A stretch of DNA of 64,000 nucleotides from an uncultured Acidobacteriota bacterium (GCA_963720545.1 OY970399.1:2016001-2080000), one strand, 5' to 3'. Shown: positions 23,357 to 33,664, numbered from the stretch's first letter. Translations and numbers: made by a program. The notes: generated by a model from the letters alone, not told the origin.

Positions 23357-24682
23357 ATGCCCACCGAGACGCAACCCGCAGACATCAAGACCCTGGCCCG
23401 CGACACCGGTTCCCTGCCGGCCGCGCGCGTGGCGAGCCTCGCCTTTGGCATGAAGGGCTCGGAGATATTGCGCATCGCCGGCGAGGTGCGCGCCATGGTC
23501 GCCGCCGGCAACGCGGTCTGCGACCTCACCGTGGGTGACTTCTCGCCGCAGCAGTTCCGCGTGCCCCGCAAGCTCGCCGACGGCACCAGGAAGGCGCTGA
23601 CCCGAGGCGAAACCAACTATCCGCCGTCGAACGGGGTAGCGGCGCTGCGCGAAGCGGCGCAGCGCTTCTACGCACGCGAACTCGGTCTGGAGTACCCGCT
23701 CGAATCGGTGCTGGTCGCAAGCGGCGCGCGGCCGCTCATCTACGCCCTGTTTCGCACCGTCTGCGACGCCGGCGACCGCGTCGTCTATCCGGTGCCGAGC
23801 TGGAACAACAACCACTACGCGTACCTGGTGGAGGCTCAGGGCGTACCGGTGGTGTGCGGCCCGGACGCGCAGTTCATGCCGACCGCGGCGCAACTGGCGC
23901 CGCACCTGCGCGGCGCGCGCCTCCTCTGCCTCAACTCGCCCCTCAACCCGTGCGGCACGGTCATAGCACCCGATGCGCTGCGCGCCATCTGCGACCTGGT
24001 GCTGGACGAGAACGCGCGCCGCGACGCGCGCGGCGAACGGCCGCTCTACCTGATGTACGACCACATCTATTGGATGCTCTGCTTCGGCGCGGCGCAACAC
24101 GTGACGCCGCCCGGCCTGGTACCGGAGATGGCGCGCTTCACCGTGATGATCGACGGCATTTCGAAGGCGTTCGCCGCCACCGGGTTGCGCGTCGGCTTCG
24201 GCTTCGGGCCGACCGACGTGATCGCGCGCATGTCTTCCTTCCTCGGCCACGTCGGCGCCTGGGCGCCGCGTCCCGAGCAGTTCGCGACCGCGGCGCTGCT
24301 CGACGATCCGGAAGCGATCGCCGCCTATCACGCCCGGTTCAAGGCAGCGGTCGAGAAGCGCCTGGTCCTGCTGCACGAGGGTTTCCAGGCGATGCGCGCG
24401 CGCGGCCTCGCGATCGAAAGCGTCGCGCCAATGGGCGCCATCTACCTGTCGGCGCGGATCTTTCCTTTCGGCAAGACGACGCCCGACGGCGTGCGCCTCG
24501 ATGGCAACGAAGCCATCCGCAAGTACCTGCTCGCAGCCGCCGGCATGGCGGTGGTGCCGTTCGGCGCGTTCGGCGCAACCGTCGACGACGGCTGGTTCCG
24601 CCTCAGCGTCGGCGCCGTCAGCGTGGCCGACATCAAGGCCGCGCTGCCGCGGCTCGACGCGGCGCTCCTGGCGCTGCGCTAG
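23357..24682 (+). CDS. PLP-dependent aminotransferase class I/II (aspartate aminotransferase-like)
   Basis: NSPLNPCG, YDHIY, SKAFAATGLRVG, WFRLS. Confidence 0.9.
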   Translation: MPTETQPADIKTLARDTGSLPAARVASLAFGMKGSEILRIAGEVRAMVAAGNAVCDLTVGDFSPQQFRVPRKLADGTRKALTRGETNYPPSNGVAALREAAQRFYARELGLEYPLESVLVASGARPLIYALFRTVCDAGDRVVYPVPSWNNNHYAYLVEAQGVPVVCGPDAQFMPTAAQLAPHLRGARLLCLNSPLNPCGTVIAPDALRAICDLVLDENARRDARGERPLYLMYDHIYWMLCFGAAQHVTPPGLVPEMARFTVMIDGISKAFAATGLRVGFGFGPTDVIARMSSFLGHVGAWAPRPEQFATAALLDDPEAIAAYHARFKAAVEKRLVLLHEGFQAMRARGLAIESVAPMGAIYLSARIFPFGKTTPDGVRLDGNEAIRKYLLAAAGMAVVPFGAFGATVDDGWFRLSVGAVSVADIKAALPRLDAALLALR

Positions 24683-24684
24683 TC

Positions 24685-26211
24685 CTGCTCCTCAACGAGC
24701 TGGTCGCAGCGTCCCTCGCGGTGGCCGCGGTGCGCGGGCGCCTCGAAAAGGTCGAGCGCCTGGCCGCGGCGCTGTCGCGATGCGCTCCCGAGGAAGTCGA
24801 AATCGCCGTCGACTATCTCACCGGCGGCCTGCCGCAGGGGCGCATCGGCGTCGCCTGGGCGACGATCGAGCAGGCCCGGCACGAGACGTCGGCAGCTGCC
24901 GCAACCCTCACCCTCGCTGCCGTGGACGCAGCATTCAGCCGGATCGCGGCGGCGCGCGGCGGCGGTTCGGGCGCCGCACGCAGCGCGCTGCTCGCCGAGC
25001 TCTTTCGCCAGGCAACCGCCGAAGAGCAGGATTTCCTGACGCGTCTGCTGTTGGGCGAACTACGGCAGGGCGCCCTCGAGGGCGTGGTGGCGGACGCGGT
25101 GGCGCGGGCGGCGAAGGTCGGCTCGGCCACCATCCGCCGCGCGTGGATGATGGCCGGTTCGCTGCCGGCGGTGGCGCGGGCGGCGCTGGTCGAAGGCGAG
25201 GCCGGACTCGCGCGCTTCAACGTGCAGCTGATGCGCCCGGTGCAGCCGATGCTCGCCGATTCGGCCGACAACATCGACGCGGCGCTCGACCTCGCTGGCG
25301 AAGAGGTGGCGCTCGAATGGAAGCTCGATGGCGCGCGCATCCAGGCGCACAAGGCCGGCGACGAGGTGCGGGTGTTCTCGCGCGCGCTGCGCGAGGTGAC
25401 GCGCGCCGTGCCCGAGGTGGTGGCGGTGGTTCAGGCGCTGCCGGCCGCGACCGGCATCTTCGACGGCGAGGCGATCGCGCTGCGCGCGGATGGGTCGCCG
25501 CTCCCGTTCCAGGTGACGATGTCGCGCTTCGGCCGCAAGCGCGGTGTCGACGAGCGCCTCGACGCGCTGCCGCTCAGCACGGTGCTGTTCGACTGCCTCT
25601 ACCTCGACGACGTGCCGCTGCTCGACGAGCCGCAGCACAAGCGCTTCGATGCGCTTTGCGACCAGGCCGAGGGCCTCGTGGTGCGTCACCTGCGCCGGCC
25701 GAGCCGCGAACAAGCCGCGGAATTCGTCGCCGCCGCGCACCGCGCCGGCCACGAGGGCGTGATGGTGAAGAGCCTCGCGGCGCCCTATGCGGCCGGCCGG
25801 CGCGGCCGCTCGTGGATCAAGGTCAAGGCGGCGCGCACGCTCGACCTCGTCATCCTCGCCGCCGAATGGGGCAGCGGCCGGCGCAAGGGCTGGCTGAGCA
25901 ACCTGCACCTCGGCGCGCGCGATCCGGCAAGCGGCCAGTTCGTGATGCTCGGCAAGACCTTCAAGGGGCTGACGGACGAGATGCTCGCCTGGCAGACCAA
26001 GCACCTGCTGACGCTCGAGACCGCTCGCGAGGCGCACGTGGTGCACGTGCGGCCGGAACTGGTGGTGGAGATCGCGTTCAACGAAATCCAGACGAGCCTG
26101 CGCTATCCGGGCGGCATGGCGCTGCGCTTCGCGCGCGTCAAGGGCTACCGTCCCGACAAGAGCGCGGCGGATGCCGACACCATCGACACGGTGCGCGCGC
26201 TGCACGGTTAG
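24685..26211 (+). CDS. ATP-dependent DNA ligase (LigB-like); start codon uncertain
   Basis: EWKLDGARIQAH, FDGE, EGVMVK, WIKVK, TLDLVI, ALRFARV. Confidence 0.9.
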   Translation: MLLNELVAASLAVAAVRGRLEKVERLAAALSRCAPEEVEIAVDYLTGGLPQGRIGVAWATIEQARHETSAAAATLTLAAVDAAFSRIAAARGGGSGAARSALLAELFRQATAEEQDFLTRLLLGELRQGALEGVVADAVARAAKVGSATIRRAWMMAGSLPAVARAALVEGEAGLARFNVQLMRPVQPMLADSADNIDAALDLAGEEVALEWKLDGARIQAHKAGDEVRVFSRALREVTRAVPEVVAVVQALPAATGIFDGEAIALRADGSPLPFQVTMSRFGRKRGVDERLDALPLSTVLFDCLYLDDVPLLDEPQHKRFDALCDQAEGLVVRHLRRPSREQAAEFVAAAHRAGHEGVMVKSLAAPYAAGRRGRSWIKVKAARTLDLVILAAEWGSGRRKGWLSNLHLGARDPASGQFVMLGKTFKGLTDEMLAWQTKHLLTLETAREAHVVHVRPELVVEIAFNEIQTSLRYPGGMALRFARVKGYRPDKSAADADTIDTVRALHG

Positions 26212-26220
26212 AGTGGGGGA

Positions 26221-27279
26221 ATGCCCACAACCAAGGTCTTTGCAGCAGCCAGCGCAACAGCACCCCTGACCGCCGCCACCATCGAACGGCGCGCACCCAC
26301 GGCGCACGACGTGCAGATCGAGATCCAGTTCTGCGGCGTCTGCCACTCCGACCTCCACCAGGCCCGCAACGAGTGGAACGACTTCATGCCGACGCAGTAC
26401 CCGTGCGTTCCCGGGCACGAGATCGTCGGCCGCGTGACCGCCGTCGGCGACGCGGTGACACGCTTCAACCCGGGCGACACCGCTGCCGTCGGCTGCCTGG
26501 TCGATTCCTGCGGCAAGTGCCCCGAATGCCTCGCGGCCGACGAGCTCTATTGCCGCAACGGCGCCACCTTCACCTACAACGGCACCGACAAGCACAGCGG
26601 CGGTTACACCTTCGGCGGCTACTCGGCAAGCATCGTGGTGAACGAACGCTTCGCGCTGATGGTGCCGAAGAACCTCGACCCCGCGGCGGCGGCGCCGCTC
26701 TTGTGCGCCGGCATCACCACCTACTCGCCGCTGCGGCACTGGAACGTGGGTCCGGGCCAGAAGGTCGGCATCGTCGGCCTCGGCGGCCTCGGCCACGTGG
26801 CCGTGAAGCTGGCGAAGGCGATGGGCGCCGAAGTCGTGCTGTTCACCACCTCGGCTGGCAAGATCGAGGACGGCAAGCGGCTCGGCGCGTCGTCGGTGGT
26901 CGTTTCGAAGAACGCCGACGAGATGGCGCCGCACGCCAACACCTTCGACTTCATCCTCGACACGGTGTCGGCCAACCACGACATCAACGCCTACCTGCAG
27001 CTGGTGAAGCGGGACGGCACGATGGTGCTGGTGGGCGCGCCGCCGACGCCGATCGCACTCATCGGCTTCAACCTGTTGTTCGGCCGCAAGCGCCTCGCAG
27101 GCTCGTTGATCGGCGGCCTCGCCGAAACCCAGGAGATGCTCGACTTCTGCGGCAAGCACAACATCACTGCCGACATCGAGAAGATCCCGATGCAGAAGAT
27201 CAACGACGCTTACGAGCGGCTGCTTCGCAGCAACGTGAAGTACCGCTTCGTGATCGACATGGCGACGCTTTCGGCCTAA
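26221..27279 (+). CDS. Zn-dependent NAD(P)H alcohol/aldehyde dehydrogenase (CAD/YahK-like)
   Basis: CGVCHSD, GHEIVG, CGKCPEC...C, LLCAGITTY, GLGGLG. Confidence 0.93.
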   Translation: MPTTKVFAAASATAPLTAATIERRAPTAHDVQIEIQFCGVCHSDLHQARNEWNDFMPTQYPCVPGHEIVGRVTAVGDAVTRFNPGDTAAVGCLVDSCGKCPECLAADELYCRNGATFTYNGTDKHSGGYTFGGYSASIVVNERFALMVPKNLDPAAAAPLLCAGITTYSPLRHWNVGPGQKVGIVGLGGLGHVAVKLAKAMGAEVVLFTTSAGKIEDGKRLGASSVVVSKNADEMAPHANTFDFILDTVSANHDINAYLQLVKRDGTMVLVGAPPTPIALIGFNLLFGRKRLAGSLIGGLAETQEMLDFCGKHNITADIEKIPMQKINDAYERLLRSNVKYRFVIDMATLSA

Positions 27280-27980
27280 GCGGCACTGCGCTCCGCACGC
27301 CGGCGAATGGCGCGCAGCCATTCGCCGCGGATCAGGGCGCTGCCGGGAAAGATCGCCCGCCAGTAGTAGTCGAACGAGCGCCGCGCGGCGGCGTCGGGCG
27401 CCAGCACGCGCGTCTCGGTGACCAGCCGGCAGCGCTCGCCGGCCCCGTCTTCGATTCGGAAATTCATCAGCGCCTGGGTGGAACGGCCGATGAGCGTACC
27501 GAGGACCACTTCGCGGCCGGGTGCATCGGCAAGCACCTCGAAGATGCCGGCGGCGGCGGTCGAGAGAATGGACTCGCGGGCAGGCGCGTTCAGGATGCCC
27601 GCGGGACGGGCGCGCAGGTGCGGCGCTCGAATCCACGTGAGGATGCGAAACAGCGGCATCTCGCCGGCCGTGACCTCGCGCACGGCCCGGTCAACCGCCG
27701 CCGGGGAGGCGGCGATCGCAATCGTGTGCCGTTCGGCGAAGTGCCACTCGGGCAGGATGCGGCCGAGCTCGCTGTCGTCGCCTGCGCGCCTGCGCACGAG
27801 CGGCGGCGGCGTCATGCGCGGGACGAGCAGCACCGCTGCGGCGCCGCAGGCTGCGGCGGCTGCGGCCGCGAGCCGCGTCACACCGAGGCGCTTCGTCGGC
27901 AGTGCCAAATTGAGGATTCCGGCCAGGAGCAACAGGGCGCCGGCGTACGCTGTGATCGAGAACAACCTGTTCCGCGCCAT
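27276..27980 (-). CDS. Hypothetical membrane protein with a SRPBCC/DUF2867-like C-terminal domain
   Basis: Two TM segments then FAERH...LVTETRV...FDYYWRAIFPGSALIR. Confidence 0.55.
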   Translation of the reverse strand: MARNRLFSITAYAGALLLLAGILNLALPTKRLGVTRLAAAAAAACGAAAVLLVPRMTPPPLVRRRAGDDSELGRILPEWHFAERHTIAIAASPAAVDRAVREVTAGEMPLFRILTWIRAPHLRARPAGILNAPARESILSTAAAGIFEVLADAPGREVVLGTLIGRSTQALMNFRIEDGAGERCRLVTETRVLAPDAAARRSFDYYWRAIFPGSALIRGEWLRAIRRRAERSAA

Positions 27981-28016
27981 CCCCAAAGAGCCTAGATCAG
28001 CCGATACACTGGGGAC

Positions 28017-28355
28017 ATGAAGCTGCGTGCCGCGCGACTGTGCCTGGACTGCGAGGAGATGCACGATCAGCCCCGCTGTCCGGCCTGCACCTCGGAGACG
28101 TTCGTGTACATGACGCGCTGGGTGCCGGAGCCCGACCCCCGGGCGCCGAGGCCGCAGGCCGTGACCTCGCCCGACGCGGAGGTCTACAAGGAACTGGTGG
28201 GAACGAAGGGCGCGCCTCCCGCAAACAGGAAGAAGCGCGGTCGCCGGCTGCTGAAGAGCGGCGTGATCAGCCTGGCGGCGGTCGGTGTCGTCGGCTGGTT
28301 CCTCGGCGGCCGGCGCAGCTCCTCGTCTGCACCGTCCGGCCCGCCGCTCGGCTGA
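28017..28355 (+). CDS. Small Zn-ribbon protein with C-terminal membrane anchor
   Basis: CLDCEE...CPACTS; basic patch then VISLAAVGVVGWFLGG. Confidence 0.6.
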   Translation: MKLRAARLCLDCEEMHDQPRCPACTSETFVYMTRWVPEPDPRAPRPQAVTSPDAEVYKELVGTKGAPPANRKKRGRRLLKSGVISLAAVGVVGWFLGGRRSSSSAPSGPPLG

Positions 28356-29987
28356 TCAGGGGTTCGCGGCGGGGCGCACCGTCGGATAGGCGATGCCGAG
28401 CTGCTCCAGGTAGCTCTTGTAGCGCGTGGCGTCGTAGTAGAAGGGCTTCATCTGCGGGCGGTACTTCGCCATCACTTGTTCGTTGAGCCAGATCGCCGGC
28501 TTGTCCTCGGCGCGCATCAGCGGCGTGTACTTCAGCTCCTTGGTCTGGACGTCGTTGAAGTAGGTCCACGCCGCCTTCACGAGTTCCGGCTTCAGCAGGA
28601 TGTCGAGCATCGTCATCGCCTGCGCCTTGGCGCCGGCGGTTGCGCCCTTGTGGGCGATGGGTGTTGCCATCGCGACGGAGTTCGCCCAGTTGTGGCCGGG
28701 CAGGTCCGGGATGTTCGACGGGTAGCGCAGCGTGATGGTGGGCACCGCCCACGACACGTCGCCGATGTCGTCCGAGCCGCCGCCGCGCAGGTCCTCTTCC
28801 TTCTCGGGGGGCGTGCCCAGCTTGTCGAGCTCGACCGCGAGGCCCTTCTCCTTGACCTTCAGCTCCTTCTGCAGCGCCTTGGCGAGCGCCTGGTCGGCGG
28901 CGTCCCATTTCGGCAGGCCCACGGCCTTGATGTTCGCGTCCATCGCTTCCGCGATCGGCCGGCTCATGTGCTCAGGCCACGCCGAGCCGAGGACCGCCTG
29001 GGTGAAGGTGGTGCCGGTCATGAGCGCCGCGCCCTCCGCGATCTTGGTGCCCATGTCCCACATTTCCTTCACGCGCGGGTAGTCGGTTTCGCGGAAGTAG
29101 TACCAGACGGACGCCTTGCGCGGCACCACGTTCGGCTGGTCGCCACCGCTGGTGATGATCGAGTGCGAGCGCTGCTGGGTGCGCAGGTGCTCGCGCTTGA
29201 AGTTCCAGCCGACGTCCATCAGCTCTACCGCGTCGAGCGCGCTCTTGCCGCGCCACGGCGCGCCGGCGGAGTGCGCGGTTTCGCCGAGGAAGGTGTATTC
29301 GACGGAGACGACGCCGTTCACCTGGGCGTTGACGCCCCATGAGGTCGCGAAGTTGTCGTCCACGTGGGAAAAGAGGCACACGTCCACGTCCTTGAAGACA
29401 CCCGCCCGCACCAGATACGCCTTGGTGCCGAGCAGTTCCTCGGCGACGCCCGGCCAGATCCGGAGCGTTCCCGGCAGGTGCTCACGCTCCATCAGCTTCT
29501 TCACCGCGATCGCGGCCGTGATGTTCACCGCCTGGCCCGAGTTGTGGCCCTCGCCGTGCCCCGGAGCGCCCTCGACGAGCGCCTCGTGATAGGCAACACC
29601 GGGCTTTTGCGAGGCTTGCGGGATGCCGTCGATGTCGGACCCGAGTGCGATCACCGGCTTGCCCGATCCCCAGGTCGCGGTCCACGCGGTGGGGATGCCG
29701 GCGACGCCCTTCTCCACCTTGAAGCCGTTCTTCTCGAGAATCGCGATGAGGTAGCGGCTCGTCTCCACCTCCTGGAAACCAAGCTCGCCGAAGCTGAAGA
29801 TGGAGTCGATCGCCTGTTGGGTGAAGACCTGCATCGCCTCGACATCCGCAGCGGCCTCGCGCTTCAGTTTCTCGACGCGGGGATCGGGCTTCGGGGGCTT
29901 CGCCGGCCTGGCCGGGGCCGCAGCGGCGCCCGCTGCGACGCCGCCAAGAGCCAGTGCGGCCACGACCAACAGACATCTTGCCTTCAT
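28356..29987 (-). CDS. M20 amidohydrolase (AbgB-like), exported
   Basis: Signal peptide; ELGFQE, GHGEGHN, AEE, AHSAGAPWRGKSALDA, GSDDIGDVSW. Confidence 0.88.
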   Translation of the reverse strand: MKARCLLVVAALALGGVAAGAAAAPARPAKPPKPDPRVEKLKREAAADVEAMQVFTQQAIDSIFSFGELGFQEVETSRYLIAILEKNGFKVEKGVAGIPTAWTATWGSGKPVIALGSDIDGIPQASQKPGVAYHEALVEGAPGHGEGHNSGQAVNITAAIAVKKLMEREHLPGTLRIWPGVAEELLGTKAYLVRAGVFKDVDVCLFSHVDDNFATSWGVNAQVNGVVSVEYTFLGETAHSAGAPWRGKSALDAVELMDVGWNFKREHLRTQQRSHSIITSGGDQPNVVPRKASVWYYFRETDYPRVKEMWDMGTKIAEGAALMTGTTFTQAVLGSAWPEHMSRPIAEAMDANIKAVGLPKWDAADQALAKALQKELKVKEKGLAVELDKLGTPPEKEEDLRGGGSDDIGDVSWAVPTITLRYPSNIPDLPGHNWANSVAMATPIAHKGATAGAKAQAMTMLDILLKPELVKAAWTYFNDVQTKELKYTPLMRAEDKPAIWLNEQVMAKYRPQMKPFYYDATRYKSYLEQLGIAYPTVRPAANP

Positions 29988-30066
29988 CGTGCCTCCATCG
30001 TCATGCTTCGATTGTCCGAATGCTATTCTGGTCGCGCCCACAAATCCCACAGCGAAAGGACGTCTC

Positions 30067-31005
30067 ATGATTCACGAGAGCATCCTCGGCACCATCGGCA
30101 ATACGCCAGTCGTGCGCATCAACCGCCTCGCGCCTTCCGGGATCACGATGTACGTCAAGTGCGAGTTCTTCAACCCGATGAGCTCGGTGAAGGACCGGCT
30201 CGCGATCGCGCTCATCGAGGACGCCGAAAGAAAAGGCACGCTGAAGCCCGGGCAGACGGTGATCGAGCCAACCTCGGGCAACACCGGCATCGCGCTTGCC
30301 ATGGTCTGCGCGGTCAAGGGCTATCCGTTCGTCGCCGTCATGTCGGACAGCTTCAGTGTCGAGCGGCGCAAGCTGATGAAGGCGCTGGGCGCGAAGGTGA
30401 TCCTGCACCCCGCGGCGGAGCGCGGCAGCGGCATGGTGCGCCGCTGCAAGGAGCTCGCCGAGCAGCACGGCTTCTTCTTCCCGCAGCAGTTCGAGAACCC
30501 GGCGAACCCCGAGTACCACCGCAAGACCACGGGGCCGGAGATCATCCGCGACTTCTCGGGCAAGCGCCTCGACTATTTCGTGAGCGGCATCGGCACCGGC
30601 GGCACCATCACCGGTGCGGGCGAAGTGCTGAAGGCGGCGCGGCCGGACGTGAAGATCGTGTACACCGAGCCCGCCGGCGCCCCGATCGTCACCAAGGGCG
30701 AATGGCAGCCGCACAAGATCCAGGGCTGGAACCCCGACTTCGTTCCCGGGGTCTTCAACCGCGAGGTCTTCGACGAGTCGGAAACGGTCACCGACGTCGA
30801 GGCGCGCGACACCGCTCGGCAGCTGGCCACGAAGGAAGGGCTGTTCTGCGGCATCTCCTCGGGCGCGACGTTCGCGGCGGCCCTCAAGGTCGCAAAGCGC
30901 GCCGCGCAGGGCGCCGTGATCCTCGCGATGCTGCCGGACACCGGGGAACGCTACCTGTCCACCTTCCTGTTCGAGGGGATCACCGAGGAAACGGACACCG
31001 TCTAG
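30067..31005 (+). CDS. cysK: Cysteine synthase A
   Basis: IGNTP, SVKDR, PTSGNTG, QQFENPAN, GIGTGGT, HKIQG, PDTGERYLST. Confidence 0.93.
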   Translation: MIHESILGTIGNTPVVRINRLAPSGITMYVKCEFFNPMSSVKDRLAIALIEDAERKGTLKPGQTVIEPTSGNTGIALAMVCAVKGYPFVAVMSDSFSVERRKLMKALGAKVILHPAAERGSGMVRRCKELAEQHGFFFPQQFENPANPEYHRKTTGPEIIRDFSGKRLDYFVSGIGTGGTITGAGEVLKAARPDVKIVYTEPAGAPIVTKGEWQPHKIQGWNPDFVPGVFNREVFDESETVTDVEARDTARQLATKEGLFCGISSGATFAAALKVAKRAAQGAVILAMLPDTGERYLSTFLFEGITEETDTV

Positions 31006-31108
31006 ACCACAAGCTCCTCTTTTGTGCGATGGTTGAGATGATGGTTCATCCGGAACGAGGCAGTCCCCGCCTCGGCACTCATCAATACAATCTGCGAAGG
31101 AGGCGTTT

Positions 31109-31486
31109 GTGGCTCTGAAGGATTCCTACAGCGACGTTCTGACGGGCGCGTCCAACACGGGCGTCAAGGTGACGGACGTGAAGGAAGAGGGCGGCAAGCT
31201 CAAGATCTGGGCGACCGCCGAATACCAGTATGACAAGGACCGGCTCTGGGATGCGGTCAAGAAGCACGCGAACTGGGAGAAGGAAGTGTCGCTCGACGTC
31301 AAGGTTACGAACAGCGATGTCTTCGGCTACCACACCGTGCAGTCGGGCGACACCCTCTCGAAGATCGCGAAGTCGGCCTACGACAACGCTGGCGCCTACA
31401 ACAAGATCTTCGAGGCCAACCGCGACATCCTCACCGACCCCAACATGATCAAGCCGGGCCAGCGCCTCAAGATCCCCAATAAGTAG
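31109..31486 (+). CDS. LysM domain protein (YgaU/Kbp-like)
   Basis: GGAGG RBS; HTVQSGDTLSKIA...YNKIFEANR...IKPGQRLKIP. Confidence 0.88.
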   Translation: MALKDSYSDVLTGASNTGVKVTDVKEEGGKLKIWATAEYQYDKDRLWDAVKKHANWEKEVSLDVKVTNSDVFGYHTVQSGDTLSKIAKSAYDNAGAYNKIFEANRDILTDPNMIKPGQRLKIPNK

Positions 31487-31511
31487 GAGGCGCGACCCGT
31501 CGCCCGTCAAG

Positions 31512-31547
31512 AGCCGGAGCCCGCAAGGGTCTCCGGCTTTTCTGTTT
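31512..31547 (+). terminator. Rho-independent terminator
   Basis: AGCCGGAG-CCC-GCAA-GGG-T-CTCCGGCT hairpin followed by TTTCTGTTT. Confidence 0.8.
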
Positions 31548-31588
31548 CGGATGTAGCATTCGGCGACTTCACTGCTCAGGAGGCTCCG

Positions 31589-32140
31589 ATGAAGAGTTCG
31601 CGCTGGTTGAAGCTCGGGACGATGGCGGCGCTCGTGGTCGGTCTTGCGAATGTGGCGGCGGCGAGCAGCACGCCGACGAGCGTCACGCCCACCCCGACGC
31701 CAACGCCAACCCCCGTGCCACAGGTGCGGACATTGATCCGCCAGGGGCCGTTCGACAGCCCGAACGAGAAGGTCGGGGTCTGTCACCTTCAGCCAATGCC
31801 GACAGGCGCAGGCGATCTGGAGCTCATCGTCGACTGGACCTTTGCGGACAGCAGTACGTCGGGGTCTGGCATCGTGAGCGGGACCTGCGTGCAGGACAAC
31901 GTCTTCAATCCTGATCGCGCGACCTGTACGAAGCTCCGCGCAGTCGGTGCAGGCGCGGCGCCCAAGCCGCGGAACGGCAGGCGCGCAACAATGCCGCGGC
32001 CGGCAGCGTATCAGATGATTACTGGTTCGTTCGACGGGCCGCACAAAGAGTCGTTCTCCTACCAGATCTTCAGAACGTCACCCCTGGCACCAGCTCGACC
32101 GGGACCCGCGTGCCGGCCGAAATCATCAGCTTGCAATTGA
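31589..32140 (+). CDS. Hypothetical secreted protein with (PT)n linker
   Basis: AGGAGG RBS; signal peptide; TPTPTPTPTP. Confidence 0.6.
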   Translation: MKSSRWLKLGTMAALVVGLANVAAASSTPTSVTPTPTPTPTPVPQVRTLIRQGPFDSPNEKVGVCHLQPMPTGAGDLELIVDWTFADSSTSGSGIVSGTCVQDNVFNPDRATCTKLRAVGAGAAPKPRNGRRATMPRPAAYQMITGSFDGPHKESFSYQIFRTSPLAPARPGPACRPKSSACN

Positions 32141-32367
32141 TGCCGGTTGCAAGCCATAGGTCCGCTTCTTATTAATCAATGACTTAGAGAAGCCGGAGGG
32201 CTCGCGACCCGCGGCGCCATCGCCTGTGGTCTTTGCACGTCGCGCGTGCTAACGTCCTTGCCAGAATGACTCTGGACCCGGGTCAAGCCCGGGCGTGTTG
32301 CGACGTTCCTACCTCAGGCTTCGCCGGCCCGCCCCCCTCGTGTCCCGCATCGTAAGGAGAAGTACGC

Positions 32368-33639
32368 TTGGCCGCTAATGCCGCCCAGGACGAGCAAAGA
32401 CTCGCCCTCTTCATAGATTTCGAAAACATCGCCATCGGCGTCAGGGACGCCCACTACCCCAAGTTCGACGTCAACCTCGTGCTGGAGCGCCTGCTCGAAA
32501 AGGGCAAGGTCCTCGCGAAGAAGGCGTACGCCGACTGGAACCGCTACAACGACTACAAGCGCTCGTTCCACGAGGCCGCCATCGAACTGATCGAAGTGCC
32601 CCAGAAGTCCATGGGCGGCAAGAACTCCGCCGACATCCGGCTGGTGGTCGACGCCATGGACATGTCGTTCCAGAAGGAGCACATCAACTGCTTCGTGATC
32701 GCCTCCGGCGATTCCGACTTTTCGCCGCTGGTCTCGAAGCTGAAGGAAAACAACAAGTACGTGATCGGCCTCGGGGTGAAGAACTCCACCTCGGACCTGC
32801 TCATGGACAACTGCGACGAGTTCATCTTCTATGAAGACCTCGTGCGCGGGCAGCGCCTGCCGCTGCCGGTGATCCCCAACGTGCCGGAGAAGGTGCAGGA
32901 AGCCTTCGGCCTGCTGGTGGACGCGATCGTCGCGCTGCAGCGCGAGAACAAGGAAGTGCTCTGGGGCTCCATGGTGAAGGAAACCATGAAGCGCAAGAAG
33001 CCTTCGTTCAACGAGACCTACTACGGGTTCCGTTCCTTCAGCCACCTGCTCGAGGATGCGCAGCGCCGCGGCATCGTGACGCTGCGCCGCGACCAGCGCT
33101 CCGGCAGCTACGTCATCGAGGACCTGGCGGCCGGCGGCATGGGCGCGCTCAGCAACTCGCCCGTGCGGCCCGATTCGGCAAGCACCGGCGGCGCGCCCGG
33201 CAACGGACACGCCCGGCCGCAGGCGGTACCCGCGGCGAACGCCGCGCCGCTCGAAGCCGGCAGTGGTGCTGGCGCAGGGGAAACGAACGGCGAGGCGGGC
33301 CAGCGCGACCGCAATCCGCGCAGCCGGCGCGGCCGCGGACGGGGCCGGGGACGTGGGCGCGGCCTCGGTGTTCCGGGCGCCGCGGGTGCCGCCGCGGGAG
33401 CCGCGGGCGGCGAACCGCTGGGCCACGAGGACGATCACGACCAGGATCACGATTACGACGGCGACCCGGGCGAGCACGGCGACCATGGCGACGACTCGCG
33501 CGCTTCGGCCGCGCCCGACAGCCCGGAATCCGCGCGCGACCGCATCAGCATCGTGGCGCCGCAGGCCCCGCAACCGGAAGAGAGGCACGACTTCTCGCTC
33601 CTCTCCTGGTTCCGGCGCGACACCGACAAACCCGAGTAA
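32368..33639 (+). CDS. NYN domain protein with OST-HTH/LOTUS domain and low-complexity tail
   Basis: LFIDFEN, GKNSADI, SGDSDFSPL, CDEFIFY; PSFNETYYGFRSFSHLL. Confidence 0.88.
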   Translation: MAANAAQDEQRLALFIDFENIAIGVRDAHYPKFDVNLVLERLLEKGKVLAKKAYADWNRYNDYKRSFHEAAIELIEVPQKSMGGKNSADIRLVVDAMDMSFQKEHINCFVIASGDSDFSPLVSKLKENNKYVIGLGVKNSTSDLLMDNCDEFIFYEDLVRGQRLPLPVIPNVPEKVQEAFGLLVDAIVALQRENKEVLWGSMVKETMKRKKPSFNETYYGFRSFSHLLEDAQRRGIVTLRRDQRSGSYVIEDLAAGGMGALSNSPVRPDSASTGGAPGNGHARPQAVPAANAAPLEAGSGAGAGETNGEAGQRDRNPRSRRGRGRGRGRGRGLGVPGAAGAAAGAAGGEPLGHEDDHDQDHDYDGDPGEHGDHGDDSRASAAPDSPESARDRISIVAPQAPQPEERHDFSLLSWFRRDTDKPE

Positions 33640-33664
33640 CCGACCGCTCGCAACACCCCGGAAT

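Noticed and set aside
32140..32300. AT-rich intergenic stretch (ATTAATCAATGACTTAG) as a dif site or ncRNA
   Set aside because: It does not match the XerC/XerD dif consensus and I cannot support a structured RNA.
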